Shown here in pieces: positions 14,001 through 27,478 of a stretch of 64,000 nt of DNA. Positions within the stretch are counted from its first letter, which is position 1; each line of letters starts with the position of its first letter. The notes beneath the pieces are model-generated. The model searched no databases, was not told where the DNA came from, and saw nothing but the letters and a program-made list of their open reading frames with translations. Source of the DNA: Orbicella franksi (taxonomy: Eukaryota); the NCBI GenBank assembly GCA_964199315.1, contig OZ116703.1, positions 744,001-808,000 on the forward strand. The letters are read 5' to 3'. The position numbers and the translations under genes are program-made.

Positions 14001-17000
14001 TTTTGTTGATGCTGTTACCGACAATGATGAAAAAGTAGTTTCTTCTAAAAGAAACATACCGAATTCGAGACTAGAGTGCAAAACCCATACCCTATTTGAG
14101 AGCAAAATGGCCAAAATCGCTACTCTATTTCTGACCAAAAAGGCTGAAAAACCATAACCTTTGGGGCCCTACATAAATGTGGAGCCCAGATAAGGGAGTA
14201 ACCACCGGAGAAGGGGGCCCTTACAGTTCAACGAGTAAAACTAATGTTTCAATAACTTCCGTTACCTTTCCATGAGGAAAACATAACGAAACCCATCGTT
14301 CATAGAATATCTTATTCATCTGCTACCGACATCTGATGAATGACAAAAGGCAAGATGAAAAGCTCCAAAAGCCCAAAGGACTTCAAGGTTTCACACATCC
14401 AATTCCGATATATATGGCGCAAACTTTCACAGGGAAGGGGAATTGAAAGAACCTGTTGTTGCTGACTGAAAAGGAATCAAGTACTCTACTGACCTGTCTA
14501 GGACCTGTACCGTTCATGTGGTTCTCTCCATTTAATTCCTCTTGGGGTATACGTGAGGCCTGATAACTAATGTCTTCGGCAAAATGAGTTCGTACACCGG
14601 ATTCCATGGCTTTGAATTAGAAGGAGAAACTCATTATTCTTAAATCCAAGGAACACAGTTTGCATGAACTAACCCAAACACTATAAAAATGGATTATCGC
14701 TTAGCGGTTATTTCTATGATCGTTCTAGGTAAATCTAATCTGTTAGTTAATCGAAATTTGAGACAATTGAAGTTATACTACATGTTGAGTTTTAACAATC
14801 CCTAACCAACTCATATGCAAGGAACCTACCCGCTTGTAAAGGCCATTCATAGATTTTTCTGCAAGAAAAGGAAGTCTTAAAACTCAAAAAAAAAAATGGT
14901 AAAGAATATAAGCTTGAATCTAACAGACAATTGACGAAAAAGTATAAGTCTTTCCATAAAATCAGACGTGCCCATTGTAACAAAACAATGTGGTTAAAAT
15001 TAGGCTAAATACCACACATTTGGAAAACTTATTAATTCTTCTTAGCCTCTCTTTACCTGTTTACGTAACAAAAACAAATAAACTGGTCATTTCACGTTCA
15101 CAGCGCCTAAAAGATGAATTTGAGCCCTGTTGTACAAGTAAACCGGGAATCAGCAGTTTTTTCGCGTACCTGAGCGCGACTGTATCTAATTGTCGAGAGT
15201 CGAGAGTCCAGTGTAAGATGTCGAGAGTCGAGGGTAACATGTCGAGGGTCGAGCGTAACTTTAAAAATATATTAAAATAAAGTGAAAAATAAAAAAAAAA
15301 TAAAAATAAAAATATAGTATATATGAAATAAATTGCTGAAGAAATCAAGACAGAATTTTCTTTCGCCAGCTTTTCTTTTTTTTTTTGAAGTAAAGCGTTG
15401 CGTGACACGGCCAAATGATTTCTCGCTCCTTATAGTCTTGGGCGGTGATACCAACAGCGCTGTCTGTACTGTCAAGCAAACGTAAACTCTTATTAGAGGA
15501 AACATGCAAGCTAATTTTCATTTCTCGATATTCACGCTTATTATCTCCAATTAATTATTATCCAATTAATCAATTATTTAGCCTCCTCTGGTCTAGAGGA
15601 GGTACCTAAGAAATTGTTACTAATTTTTCGTTTTGTTGTAATGGAACATTAAGAATTGAAATCTGCGTGACATCAGTAACAAGGTCTGTCACCGAGTAGT
15701 CACGCGACGTTTAATGACGTTTTTCTTGATGTGTGATTTTTCCCTATTTTTTTAGGAAGGCCATTAAGAATTCGATAAAAAGCAACAGAATGAACGCTAA
15801 AACGGCTACTGTTACACCCTGCTCTAGAGCTTCCAATAAATGCCAAATAAACTAGAGAGAACTGTTTGAAAGTATCCAATGTTATCTTGGGCAGTCCATG
15901 AACAAACAGGAAGGCATTGAAGGCTAAGATAAGATAACAGACATGCCATCCCCTATTCTTTAGTACGTCACATAACCCTATTTCAATCCACTATGTTTAC
16001 GTTAATTTTGTTTGCTTGGCGAGTATTAGAACAAGGCATGAAAACAATGAAAACAAAGATAGTTAGTGGTTTATAATAATGTTCTACAGTCGTAAAGGGA
16101 GATAATAAGCGTGAATATCGAGAAATGAAAATTAGCGTGCATGTTTCCTCTGGTAAGAGTTTACGTTTGCGTGACAGTACAGACAGCGCTGTTGGTATCA
16201 CCGCCCAAGAAACGCAACGCTTTACTCAAAAAAAAGAAAAGCTGGCGAAAGAAAATTCTGTCTTGATTTCTTCAGCAATTTATTTCATGTAAATTGTATT
16301 TTTATTTTTATTTTTATTTTTTATTTTTTATTTTATTTTAATATATTTTTTAAGTTACCCTCGACCCTCGACACGTGACCCTCGACTCTCGACATTTTAC
16401 CCTCGACTCTCGACTCTCCACAATTAGTTACACTCCCTGAGCGCTTTGTTTACAACACATGATGACTGTATGCCATACCGTGGAACCCCGTTAATCCGAT
16501 CACCAAGGGCCACAACAATCTAGCCGTATTAGCGGAGTAGCAGTATTAACGGGGGTTCTTTCACTGAGCTTTTGATCGGGCCAGAATTAAGTGGCCGTAA
16601 TAACGAGGTGGCTGTATGAACGGCTGGCCGTAAAGCAGGGTCCATGGTATTACTATTCCAATTATTTTGCAAACAAAATCCTATTTTCAAATTATCAGAT
16701 TATTACATCTATTTGTAATTGGACGCCTACGCTAATCCCACGTCGAAGTACGTGTACTTTTAGTCCTGCAATGGTTCGTTCTAAATGTTTCCCTACTGTT
16801 TATAACACATGGACAATACTGTTGACATTTTCGCTCCGGTGGAGTTCTTGTCAGTATTGATACGATTAATTAGTAATAATTGGGCCTCGTGTCGTACAAT
16901 TCAGAGAGTAGTTGTGCTTGTATTTTCAAGTCGGCATCGCGCTTTGCGCTCGTCCGATTTAATCACTCCCCCTGTACTCCATAAATTGTACTCCGCAAGG

Positions 17001-17115
17001 TCCCGTTAAAATTACCAGTTAATAACATTTCAAAACATTTTTTTGAAACAAACATTACGTGCTGATACGGAGTACTGACTTACCGTCCCTTTGGATGTCT
17101 TTCTGCCTCGTCCAT
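8072..17115 (-). CDS. Gene 2: ATF7IP-like paralogue with coiled coil and long disordered region, no FN3 domain (about 940 aa)
   Basis: Exons 17115-17084 (MDEAERHPKGR), 14858-14830, 14609-14494, 13732-13559 (ALRRELKQSGAAFQRILSQHMVKMKSKMNQLERENKELRQFACTLDKTLQDVIHRHKL, GC donor) and 10543-8072 (contains the 811-aa ORF). Phases are 2,1,0,0. Exon lengths of 32, 29 and 174 nt equal those of gene 3. Confidence 0.8.
11190..12195 (-). mobile_element. 5'-truncated, degenerate Penelope-like retroelement (RT C-terminus, thumb and GIY-YIG endonuclease) in gene 2 intron 4
   Basis: Translation gives YRCVDD (RYVDD-like), IPFLD, VYRKPTHTDQYLNF..HK.SVVNALLLRA, then CGTVCHIHCEQCDKEYVGET...RLKEH...KFLATESNTFKRRVREAIE...LNRDSGFEL. 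It has in-frame stops and frameshifts. Confidence 0.9.
11198..11238 (-). ncRNA. Degenerate minimal type I hammerhead ribozyme at the PLE 3' end
   Basis: Minus strand reads GTGG CTGACGA A GTTCGG TATAT CCCAAC AAAA TA TC CCAC: stem I GTGG/CCAC, core CUGACGA, stem II, then AAAA in place of GAAA (G12>A), and a palindromic ATAT stem III. Confidence 0.55.
13820..14208. mobile_element. MITE-like interspersed repeat in gene 2 intron 3
   Basis: Ends GGGGGCCCACTCCC ... GGGAGTAACCACCGG (degenerate TIRs), with internal CCCTATT motifs. Noncoding. Confidence 0.5.
15178..16435. mobile_element. Non-autonomous Mutator-like/foldback element with about 340-370 bp TIRs and a 9-bp TSD
   Basis: 15178-~15548 and ~16097-16435 are inverted copies (GACTGTATCTAATTG... 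/ ...CAATTAGTTACACTC). The direct repeat CCTGAGCGC lies at 15169-15177 and 16436-16444. Confidence 0.8.
16476..16649. mobile_element. MITE with TA ends (Tc1/mariner-like)
   Basis: TACCGTGGAACCCCG ... CAGGGTCCATGGTA inverted ends. Confidence 0.6.
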
Positions 17116-18444
17116 GTTAGCGCGTCTGAGTCTAACAAAAAATAACGATGAAAAACTGATTGCCAGGGAAAATGGGGCATATGTCAAGTTTCATTAACGT
17201 GAAGTAACTGGATGAGAGACTGCGCTACCTCCACGGTGATCTAGGAATATAGGGAAAAAATCCCGTCACCTTTTGAAGCACTCAGCATTAGACAGTGAAC
17301 GTAAAGTACTGAAGCGTATAACGATCTCTATCAGGGGCTTTTCTGTTTGGAACAATGCTGCCAGAAACTGGCGTTTTGTACCAGCGTTTTCTTTTTTAAT
17401 TTAACGACAGCAATTAAGGTGCGTGTTCTTCAGAGATGAATCAGTTGCCATGAAAACTTCGTGACAACGCGAGTATATTGGGCTTAAAAGTTGTTAAATT
17501 GAGACACACAGAACTCTGACACACTGTGCCGTTTTTATTCACCTGAAATCGAAGTTTCATATTTTGAGACTTTGCTGCTGATGATTTGAGCGTAATTTAT
17601 GAGCGCTCACTCAGTTACAACATAACGACCAGCTGCAAATTCATACAACTTGGAAGGCTAAATAATTACATCTTTTGAGGGAATGAATTTAAGGATTCGA
17701 AAAGGTTTTGAGATCAGTTTTCTTCTTTTATTATCATTGAAATTCCTTTGATAAAATAAAGCATAAGACGTGGTTGAAAGTTTCGTTGAGTCAAAGTGTT
17801 TGAATACTGCTCGGATTCACTGGCTCTTAATTTCATTTTAGCAAAACAACAATATTTATGTCTCTTTCAATTCCTTTTCAAAATTACAAGTTAGCACCAC
17901 AGCGCTTTCAAATAAACTGTTTATCGTTTGCTTTACTAAAAGGATTCCTCCACCATTTCACACGTACGCAAACATCTTGAATAACAAATTGTTTATGGTC
18001 CAAGCAGGTGATAATCTAATGCGATGCTATATTATTCAGCCTAAATTTTTTTTATCTCGTAACAACTGCCAAGCGTTCTCCGATATCACACGGACACCCA
18101 CACATGCTCCATATCACTCCTCCCCCGTCCCCAGAGTAAAGTAACAATCATGGAGAACACAAGGGACGAATAAAGACCCATGGATGTTAGCCAAGGTGAC
18201 TTAAACATCAGTGGTGGTTCCGTTTTACGGAAGAGCAATAAATATTCATATCTGAACTGAGAGAATCCAGACATTATTTAACTGAAACAAATTTAGGTAA
18301 ACTGGTTACACACGTTATTATGGCACTTGATCCATAGGGCATCTTGAAGAATTCAGCCTAAATATTTCAGTTAAGTTTGTACTGAGCAATTTTCCTCAAT
18401 CTTGGATATTTTAAAATAAAATTGTCTTGGAGGAACTTGCAAGA

Positions 18445-18474
<30 letters not shown>
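18445..18474. repeat. (AAT)n microsatellite
   Basis: About 10 perfect AAT units. Confidence 0.95.
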
Positions 18475-18475
<1 letters not shown>

Positions 18476-21400
18476 GGCAACGGCTAATGGCGGTAAAGTG
18501 GTAAAGTTAACGAGATGGACGTTTAAGGGGAAATGTTAGTTGTTATGGTGACGAATGAAAGTGAAAAACTTGGAAATGGACTTGCAAATTGAAACGAAAA
18601 GCAACGTTTCTCAATGGGAATTGCCCTCAAGAAATAAAATTAAACCTGCAACTTTGACGATATGAGCAGTAGTAAATTGTGAGTGTTTTCTTTGTAAGAT
18701 GTCATATTTAGGCACATACTTTTTCGCCTGTCTTCATTTCTAAGAAAATATTTTGGATATTCTATAATCTTAAAACGCAAAGTGATTAAATGTTTTGACA
18801 GGTAAAAAAAAACAACCAAGTTATTAATATCTGAAGCATTTCTAAATTAACGTTTCAGACAAGTTTCGTTTACCGACATGTAACACAAATATTGAACATT
18901 TTACCAAATCCTTTTAACTAAAGGAACTATTTTTGTCAAATATACTGCCTTTTTTTCCGTTTTTCCAATCAAAAGAATCCTTAAAAGAAATGTCTGCTAA
19001 ACAGAATATAGGTAATTATAACGAAACAAGGACCGCGATGTCTTTGAGTTCTCGAAGTGTTTTCAGTTGACTATGTTGCTCTATTCCTGTTGTCGTGACT
19101 AGGCATTGTAATTATTTGGTTTTGATTTTACGACACTAGATTGAAATCCTCTTCTTTTGTGGTAATTATTAGCGGTTAAATGATAGATATAATTCTTTTA
19201 CCGAATTTGCTCGTCTTGAAGTAGCCAAGCAACCCAGATCTCGCCGACTCGCGTTTAAGTGAAGATGACAAGTTTTCAAAGACATTTATTACAAGCTAAC
19301 AATAGAGGTTCTGTGAACGTTAGAATACAATGTTTGGCCGCCTGTTTACTCGAACAATTGAGAGAAAATTTTATTTTTTCGCATTTTTCCTTTTGTTCTC
19401 ACTTTAAAGAAAAGGGTAAAATCCGGAAGCAAAATGTTAGCTTGAAACAAATAACTATTGATTGCGAAAAAATGATCAGCTTTGTTCAGCATCTACTCAC
19501 TCGAATTAATCCAGTATAGCGTTTGTGCATCTGAATTTTGAGACTAGGCACTAAAATGGTAAGCCGACCAACAGGCCATGAACGACTGGCAAGGAAATTC
19601 TGAACAGCTTCAGAATCAACAGAGCTCACAAGACACTAAGAGCGCATGACTGGAGTGTCTGAACAATCGACATAATTTCTTCTGAATTCAGAGGTGATAC
19701 CTCAGTTCGCAATGTTTCATCACGGCGGCCATTTCAAAAGTATAGTGCTGCCAGGCTTTCAGATCTAAATTTGGCGTCTAAAAACCTTTAACGATATTCC
19801 TATGCAATTCTCAATGTCTTGCTGTCAAAAGCGTGTGTATTCCTCTTTGTTATTGACCTCTGAACGAAACCCTTCAGAATTTCCTTGCAAGATCCAGGGA
19901 CTTGATAAGTCCATTTTCAAGCTATAAAAGCCGACTTGCTCCTTTTTAGTAAAATACGTAAAATAAACTATTGGTTGGTACCTCGTTAATTTTAAAATCT
20001 TGTGCGGTGTAACGGAAATCTTTAGTCGCTTTTATAACACAGACGCGAGGTAGACTTGCCGACAGAGAAAACATTTTCAATCAGCTAAACAAACCAAATA
20101 AAATTAAATTAATTTAGCCAAGGGATAATCCCTACTAACTTTGTTATCGTGCCACACAAATGAGAGGTGAATAAGCACATTTTAAAGTAACAATTGCTCA
20201 CTTGATCGCATTGAACTAAAAGCAAACTGAAGCGTGGTTAAATCTGTATGCACAGGGCTTCCTGTTTATTCATCCTTCTTTTTTTCGTTTGTAATCCTGA
20301 AGAATCCTCCGATTTGTTTAAGCAAACATGAACGCTTTTTTCCTGACCACCAACTCATTGATAATGCAAATTTACCCGGAGCCGACCGTGTTTGATAACT
20401 GTGCAAAGTCCGCTCACTATTTTGTTCGTATCAGTTGAGAATTTGCGCTCTTGATGTCTCGCCGCATATAATCTACCGACATGTTTTTTTAGTACCAACC
20501 TCTCTTCTATGGTGAATTTGTTCAACACAAACTTTTTGTTGATTGTAGTAACTCAGCGGTACAGTTGGATAGATCGACAGAGAGCGAGCCCTTGTGGCTG
20601 TAAACTGACTTGCTAGACCAAAACAACCGCAAAGAGAATAGTGATCGTAAGAAGTTTTAAGAGGACATTTAGGTTTCTAAGGAACGGGCGCTAATAAAAA
20701 ATACAGATATCTCAAATCCTACATACACTAAAATTAGGAAGCGAAGTCTAATTCAACAAGCTCACGTTATTGACAGGTTTCAGAACACTTATTTATAAAC
20801 CATACTGAAATAGTGCTCCGGTTATGCGGTAAAACTCTTCATCACAAAAATACTTTTTTGCTTACGAAAGCCACAGAAATGAAACTGAAATATGGTGGCT
20901 TATTCTGCGTGGATAAGGTGTGGAGAAACAATTTTAACGTAATAATAAAATTTCCCTTGATTTCGATATCCTTTCAGCTGTACTTGACATCAAAACTAAG
21001 TAAAATCTGCATTTCAATAAAATGTATCAGGCTTTCTGGAAGGCACTCATACAAAACCTCGACAAAGTGAACAAGTAAGAAACTATTGCGCTAAACACAG
21101 CTAGCTATTAAGCCGCTTTCCTCAATCGTACCGCTAGGCAACGACTTTTTCCTTGAAAACTTGCATACAAAAAATCGCTCTCGACTTGCCGCCGCCGTGA
21201 ATCAAGATAATTTCGATTAATTTGAGGAGAACAATAACGTACGTTTTAAAATATAACGTTTGTACAAGGAAACCTAGACTAAAGTGACTTTTCCTGGCTG
21301 TGAATGCAGTGAAAATCCCCGGGAATCAATCTAGACAAAAAGATGTTGATTTAAGATTCTACGGAAACAAATTGTGTTAATGCGAGATAGCATCTGCCTG

Positions 21401-22265
21401 TTACGTGATTCGATTCGCTAATGTACATTCGTCTGCTATTCTGTTCTTTATCAGTAATGATAAATCGTTTCTGTGTTTTATTCAGAAACACGAATTAACG
21501 TTATTATGAGATGTGTTTATTCAATATACCTTCCATTCATTTACAACCCGCTAATGGATGCTGTTGACAACAGCATCTAATCATTCCGCGTGATATTACA
21601 GTCAATGCGGACACAGATTTTAGCCACCGAATATTCATATTCGTCGATGAAATGAAGAATCACAGAAGAGTTTCCCAGAGTTTCACAAGAACAATGATTA
21701 CGACTCCTCTTGGCCTATCTGGGAATCACTGTTACATAAGAGCCCCAGCTCTGATACAGGGTCTTACGCTGATGATCAGCTTAATTATTGAAAACTATAC
21801 TTTGGAAAGCTGATTTTTTATCTTGCGAGCTTTTAATTATTTTATTCGTTTGTCTAAAATTCATTTTAGGTTGCATTAAATTACGGAATCGAGAGAGTTC
21901 GGAGAACTGAGAAAATGTAATTCAATACAATTTATTGCCACATTTTGAAACACATTCAAAAAATTCCTGCGCTTCTCGGTAAGTATTGGTTTTGTAATAA
22001 AATAACATGATAGTCCGAGGACAAACTTGATATCGCATTCTCGATATCATTTCCATATTGAACGGATCTATATCCTGACAATTTTACTCATTGATGACAA
22101 CTTTATACTGAAATACGAAGATTGAAGAACTATATTTGTCACGGCAATAAGCCTTCGTTTAGGGGCTGCATTGAAGTCGAAGTCTGTCCTAAATATTACT
22201 CTACTATTATTACTTTTTAGTTGTAGACTTTAAGAGCCGACCTTTTCAAGCCAGTTTCACGCATA

Positions 22266-22296
22266 ACAATACAATACAATACAATACAATACAATA
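22266..22296. repeat. (ACAAT)n microsatellite
   Basis: About 6 pentamer units. Confidence 0.95.
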
Positions 22297-22479
22297 CTCT
22301 ATTTAACGAGGAACATACGCTTTGCTAAATGGTTTAGTGAAAACTGACAAAACTTTACAGATATGCCACGAAAAAAAATAAAATAAAATATATAAATAAA
22401 TAAATAGATAAAAAGATGGACCTGATTTTCTCAACTCTAGCCGGCGACCCAAAACGGATCCATTTTACAGGGAGACGAG

Positions 22480-22651
22480 AATGGGCCAATTCCGATATAT
22501 TAAAATTCTAACTTGGCTCCGAGGCTTAGGGGAATAAAACAAAAGAAATTAATTATTCATCCCTCATCCTCGATGCGATTTCTTTTGTTTCATTCCGCTA
22601 AGCCTCGGAGCCAAGTCAGAATTTTAATATATAGATCGGAATTGGCCTATT
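22480..22651. mobile_element. Palindromic MITE with about 55-bp TIRs
   Basis: AATGGGCCAATTCCGATATATTAAAATTCTAACTTGGCTCCGAGGCTTAG ... CTAAGCCTCGGAGCCAAGTCAGAATTTTAATATATAGATCGGAATTGGCCTATT. Confidence 0.8.
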
Positions 22652-23338
22652 TTACCTACTACGACATTCTTCAGCTTCATGAGAATATGCTCCTGGCTAC
22701 AAGCAAAGCAGTTTATAAGAAACTTGACAAATGCCAAAACACTGAGAATCCGGTGCTAATAACAGCCAAACGATCGAGAAACAGTAATTACAACAAGTCA
22801 TTGCTTTATGATAGTTGGGAAAGTAACTCCGTACAACTCCCCCACATCACCTGGAGGTAGGTAACGAACGTCCCCAAAGGGTGTGGTTTTGAGTCGCTTT
22901 GCCCTAAAATAGGGTCAGTAATATTTTGACCATTTTGGTCTAAGAATGGAGTTCTGTTACTGCACTCTGGTCTGCAAAATGAGTGTAGTTTTAGAAGACA
23001 TTAAATATCCTTGTTTTGTCTTTTGTTTTGAAAAATGCACCGATTTTGAATGACTTAGGCCGAAATTTTTAAAACTTCTTGCAGTGGCAGAAGATTCAGG
23101 CGCTTCGATGTTACCAGCATCTGCCGTTTTTGAAATTTCATTCAGCGGTTTGTAGTAAAAATTTCGGCCTAAGTGATTCAAAATCGGTACATTTTTATGA
23201 CAAAAAATAAGAGATATTTAGATGGTTTTCGAGGTATTTGGCAAATTTTTAATGATATTTAGGAGATTTTTTGAGAATTTCCGAAAAGATATTGAGGCGA
23301 TTTTACGCGATATTTGTTTTAGGTTTAACTTTTTTCGT

Positions 23339-23437
23339 GAATATTGTTTATTTGCGCCGTTGTAGTGTCATTTGCGGCCATTGCGCTTGGCCCTCGGTAT
23401 GTAAATGACACTGCACGGGCGCAAATAAACAATATTC
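23339..23437. repeat. About 100-bp palindromic (hairpin) element
   Basis: GAATATTGTTTATTTGCGCC..GTGTCATTT ... AAATGACAC..GGCGCAAATAAACAATATTC. Confidence 0.75.
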
Positions 23438-25681
23438 CCTCAAGAAGTCATGTTGTTCCATTATTTCAACTCGTCGGCAAACAGAGCCATTCCGCCACCT
23501 AATATGCCGTCAACGAATGAAAGAGAGTGCTCTTGTTATGAAAAATTCTTAAGCAATCTCAAAGCCATCCCCTAACGACAAGTATACGAGCTACATCGCA
23601 AAGAGATCAGAAGTGCGCTGGAACCTGAAAGACCGCATCGAAATTCCTTTGTTATATGAAACGTTTTCAATTATCTTTCATTATTTTTTATTGCCTAATC
23701 ACTTTTTAGACGGACCGGCGCCTCATGTTTAGATTCAACTGTTTTTTTTTTTTTCCAAGACTTTCAACCCTCAACCAAGAGGAAACATATTGCTTCAGAT
23801 GGACTAAAATAAACCCTGGACCTGAAACGCACTCTCCTGTAGATTCGCGCAATTCCAATGAAAAACTATAACTTGCTAGCGAGGTGTTTTAAAAATACTT
23901 TGTTATTTCTTTCTCCATATTTAATCGTCTTAAATTTGAATCCATTTTTCCGTAACTCTACAGGCGTTAGAGGAGAAACACCCTTTAAAGATAATCTTTT
24001 TTAAAACCCCTTGTGCATATTGTAAATTGTTTTGAGACCCTGGCCAAGCAAAACACTACACGACGTCATTAATAATACGACCTATACTGCATTTAAATTA
24101 AACATGACTGGGAAATAAAACTGATCAAAGCTCAGTAAGGGAAAACTACGTAAAAAAGGTTCAAAGTCCAACTCAACTGGAATTACTGACAGTTGCTGCG
24201 CTAGACTAATCTTTTCCAAAGACCCTCTCTGCATGAAAGCCGCTTCACATCACATCGGTTAGCCTATATATATCTTAGTTAGCTACTTTCACCTCAGCTC
24301 ATTGGCTTAGCTGATATATTTTTGAACAGTTTAGCACTTAGGTTCTTCAAGCAGCTTTCACTAAGACAGTGCAAAGCAAATGGAAACCAAACAAGTATGC
24401 CCGTAGCCACTTTAGACGCCTTTGGCTTGTGTGATTCTCATAGTTATACCATTTAGCTAAAGCAAATTGCTCACAGATGATATTTGAATGTCTGAGGTCT
24501 CGACTGCCGAGTCACTGTCGTTTGTGTCGAGCAACTCACCGTAAATTTAATTTAATTTAACTTGATTAGTAAATTGTGAAACTCTGAAATATTCAGCCAA
24601 CTTGACAGGAAATTCTACTTGATTCCTTAAAGCTCTCTTTCCCTTTACAAGAAAATGGAAAAAGTAAGATCACATACTTACCTCTTTTACACGTTAGTGG
24701 CTCAGTTTGTCGAACGCGGTGTTTACTTGAGCACCGGCAAAATGAGTGGGCGATGAGCGAACGTGGATAAAAAAGACGAAGACAGGTTTAACGAGATAGA
24801 CGTTTTAGGGGCCAGTTCGGTTTCTATGGTGACAATGATTAAAATAGACCCTAACTCTTCCTTAATTTAAGTCGTGTTATCTCGTTTTAAAAATAACCAA
24901 CTTGAGATGATAAGTAAAGAATCTTCACATAACGAGTGCAACAATTTAGGGTACTTTTTTCCTTATTTACATCACAATTTAGTTTTATTTGCAAAATAAA
25001 TTTAAATTGTTTTCTTGATGACTTATCGGCTAGTAACCTTAAAAAGTCGATGTGTTAAAAGCTACAGTTGTATGAATGATTTCATTTCATTTTCAAACTA
25101 CCACAGTGTAGTCAGCATAGAATCCTACTTCTAGAATGACACAAGATATCAGAAGTGGTGAATATTTAATTAAGCCTTTCAGGAATCCTGACCCGGCGGA
25201 AACTATTAGCTAAACACCTCTTTCAAATTAAAAAGCAAACAGCAAACCAACATATTGATTTCGCTGACTTACATTTTACATGCAGTTGCAGGCCTTTAAC
25301 GAAATCTTTGTTAGGAGATCTACAGTGACCGTGATCAAACTTATTACCAGCTGCAATATTTTTCCTCTTTACGAAACTAGGCAACAGAGCTTTCTCTGAG
25401 GTCTGTGTTAAATGATGAATTTCCATTTACAAGTCTTCGCAACATTAGAACGTGCTCTTATTGCGTAATATCCTCTAGTATTTATGATAGCTTTTGTTCT
25501 ATGCTTAAAATCATCAATGATGGGTTTAGGAGAGGTGTCAGCTTCGAGCATTAGTGTAACTGATATCAACTGTCGATTGCATAAATGTCTAGAACAAATT
25601 TGCATAAAGTTGCTGGCATGACTGAGTTGCTACGCCGATTTCAAATGGATCTGAGTTGTGATTCGAATCACGTACTCTTTA

Positions 25682-25967
25682 GGGACGGACCATTGTTTTT
25701 TTGGAGGGGGTATTTGGGCAATTTCCAGAAACAATTCCTGCACGGCAAAAACTGTTGAAAGTAAAATGGTGCAAGGGGAGCGATGGGAAGAAATCGAGCA
25801 AATACTTTCAGGTCCTGTTCTTTTGATGTTAAAAAAGCGTTTGCACAAGCTTTTGCCCACCAAAACAAATCATGCACAACTTAAAATTAAAGGTGAGAAA
25901 AAAAATCATGCCCCAGAAAACTGCCCACTCCCCCTACCTCCCCCCTCAAAAATTAATGACCCGTCCT
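25682..25967. mobile_element. PIF/Harbinger-type MITE (TTA TSD)
   Basis: TTA|GGGACGGACCATT ... AATGACCCGTCCT|TTA. Confidence 0.7.
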
Positions 25968-26321
25968 TTAGAGCACCATGGGAACTGCTCATCTGAAGTT
26001 TCATTCACGCCGAAGCTAAACCTTATTCAAGTTCTTTATCAGGAAAACGTTTCGCTCACTTTCTAAAAACAAAGAATTATAAATCGGTACTTTAAAAAAA
26101 GACGCAAGCCCCGTTTATTTAACATCAGGATTATCCCTACGTAAAGAAGATACTTGAAAATTCTTCTTCTGAAATTCAACCCGCTGGAAACTAACTTGTG
26201 CCCTACCACCACTTCCATAAATCTATGTTGGTCTTCTTCATCAAAATCGAGAAAATCGAGGCGAGAAGCTCTGACACAAACTAGCCACGACACAGGTCCT
26301 CACCCCTGCCGTGCACAGTTC

Positions 26322-26396
26322 ATAATAATAATAATAATAATAATAATGATGATGATGATGATGATGATGAAAATAATAATAATAATAATAATAATA
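26322..26396. repeat. Compound (AAT)n(GAT)n(AAT)n microsatellite
   Basis: Visible directly. It explains the poly-I/M and poly-Y/H ORFs in the track. Confidence 0.95.
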
Positions 26397-27478
26397 AATA
26401 TCATAGTGTCTCAGCAACGTTTGTGGTCTATTTATTAAAGTGTCAAACCATGCAGCCTGGGAGAAACCAATACTAATAAGAGGACACAAACTACTAAAAA
26501 ATACAAAACTGAGAAGACTGAAATATGTACACTAAAACTCCCTAGCTGGCTGCCAATTGACCTTGGTAGTCAGCTAGGGATTTTACCCTTGCAGAATATG
26601 AACGGGCAGAAAACTTGATAAGACGCAATCTTAGCAGGGTGTATTTTTCAGTCATGTTTCATATGTGTATATTCATTCACAGTCCAAAGACAACTTTTAG
26701 TTGCCGTTGCCGAATTTTACGATGGTGTCTTGTGTTGAATTTAGTTCATTCTAAATTCAATAAGAAATTTTAAAAAGTAGCTCATATGACTCACTTTTCA
26801 CGCCAACGCTTGTAACTTGATATTTTTGTCTTCCTTACAACGTAACATGACACCCTTGTTTTCTCGAAAACATACAGAAGATTCTTTATTTGAATCCTGA
26901 CAAACACACCAGCGTAGTTAAAAACAGCAGGAGATATCTCTTGAACCGGGCCAGGGGTAATTCCAAAAGATACGCAGTCTCACTCCAATTTTCCACTCCA
27001 TATAGAGCTACGTGGCTTTCTCGCATAGTAATGTACAAACTTTAGGTCAGTTATCTTCTTAGCATTCCATGTCCGCCGGTCAAATATGTCCACAACGGCA
27101 GAGATGAATCGATTGTTGGTCGTCGGTAAGAAATTCAATAACGCTCCAAAATCACGTGAACTACAGGTTATCACCGTTGACTGGAACTACAGTTGAACCC
27201 ACCAATTCGACCTATTTCCGGTATGCCATAATTAGGAAAATAGTAGCTACAGTAATCAAAGATTACGAGTGCGTTCGACACCGTCACTTTAATGTATACA
27301 GTCAACTCTCGCCTTGCAGACACCCCGTTGTTACGGACGCCCGCTATTACGGACAAAATCCAGATCCCTGGCGAAAGCAATAGAGGTTTAATTGTATACT
27401 TTAAGTGATTTCACTAGCTGACTTTCAACCTCTGACTATTTCTGAAATCAGCATTTTTCATCAACAACCGAGGTTTTA

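Noticed and set aside
13820-14220. 13-bp direct repeat GAGAAGGGGGCCC at both ends of a MITE-like repeat
   Set aside because: It overlaps the left TIR, so it cannot be read cleanly as a TSD. Probably a local duplication.
26154-26489. ORFs with poly-Ile/Met and poly-Tyr/His tracts
   Set aside because: They are translations of a compound microsatellite.
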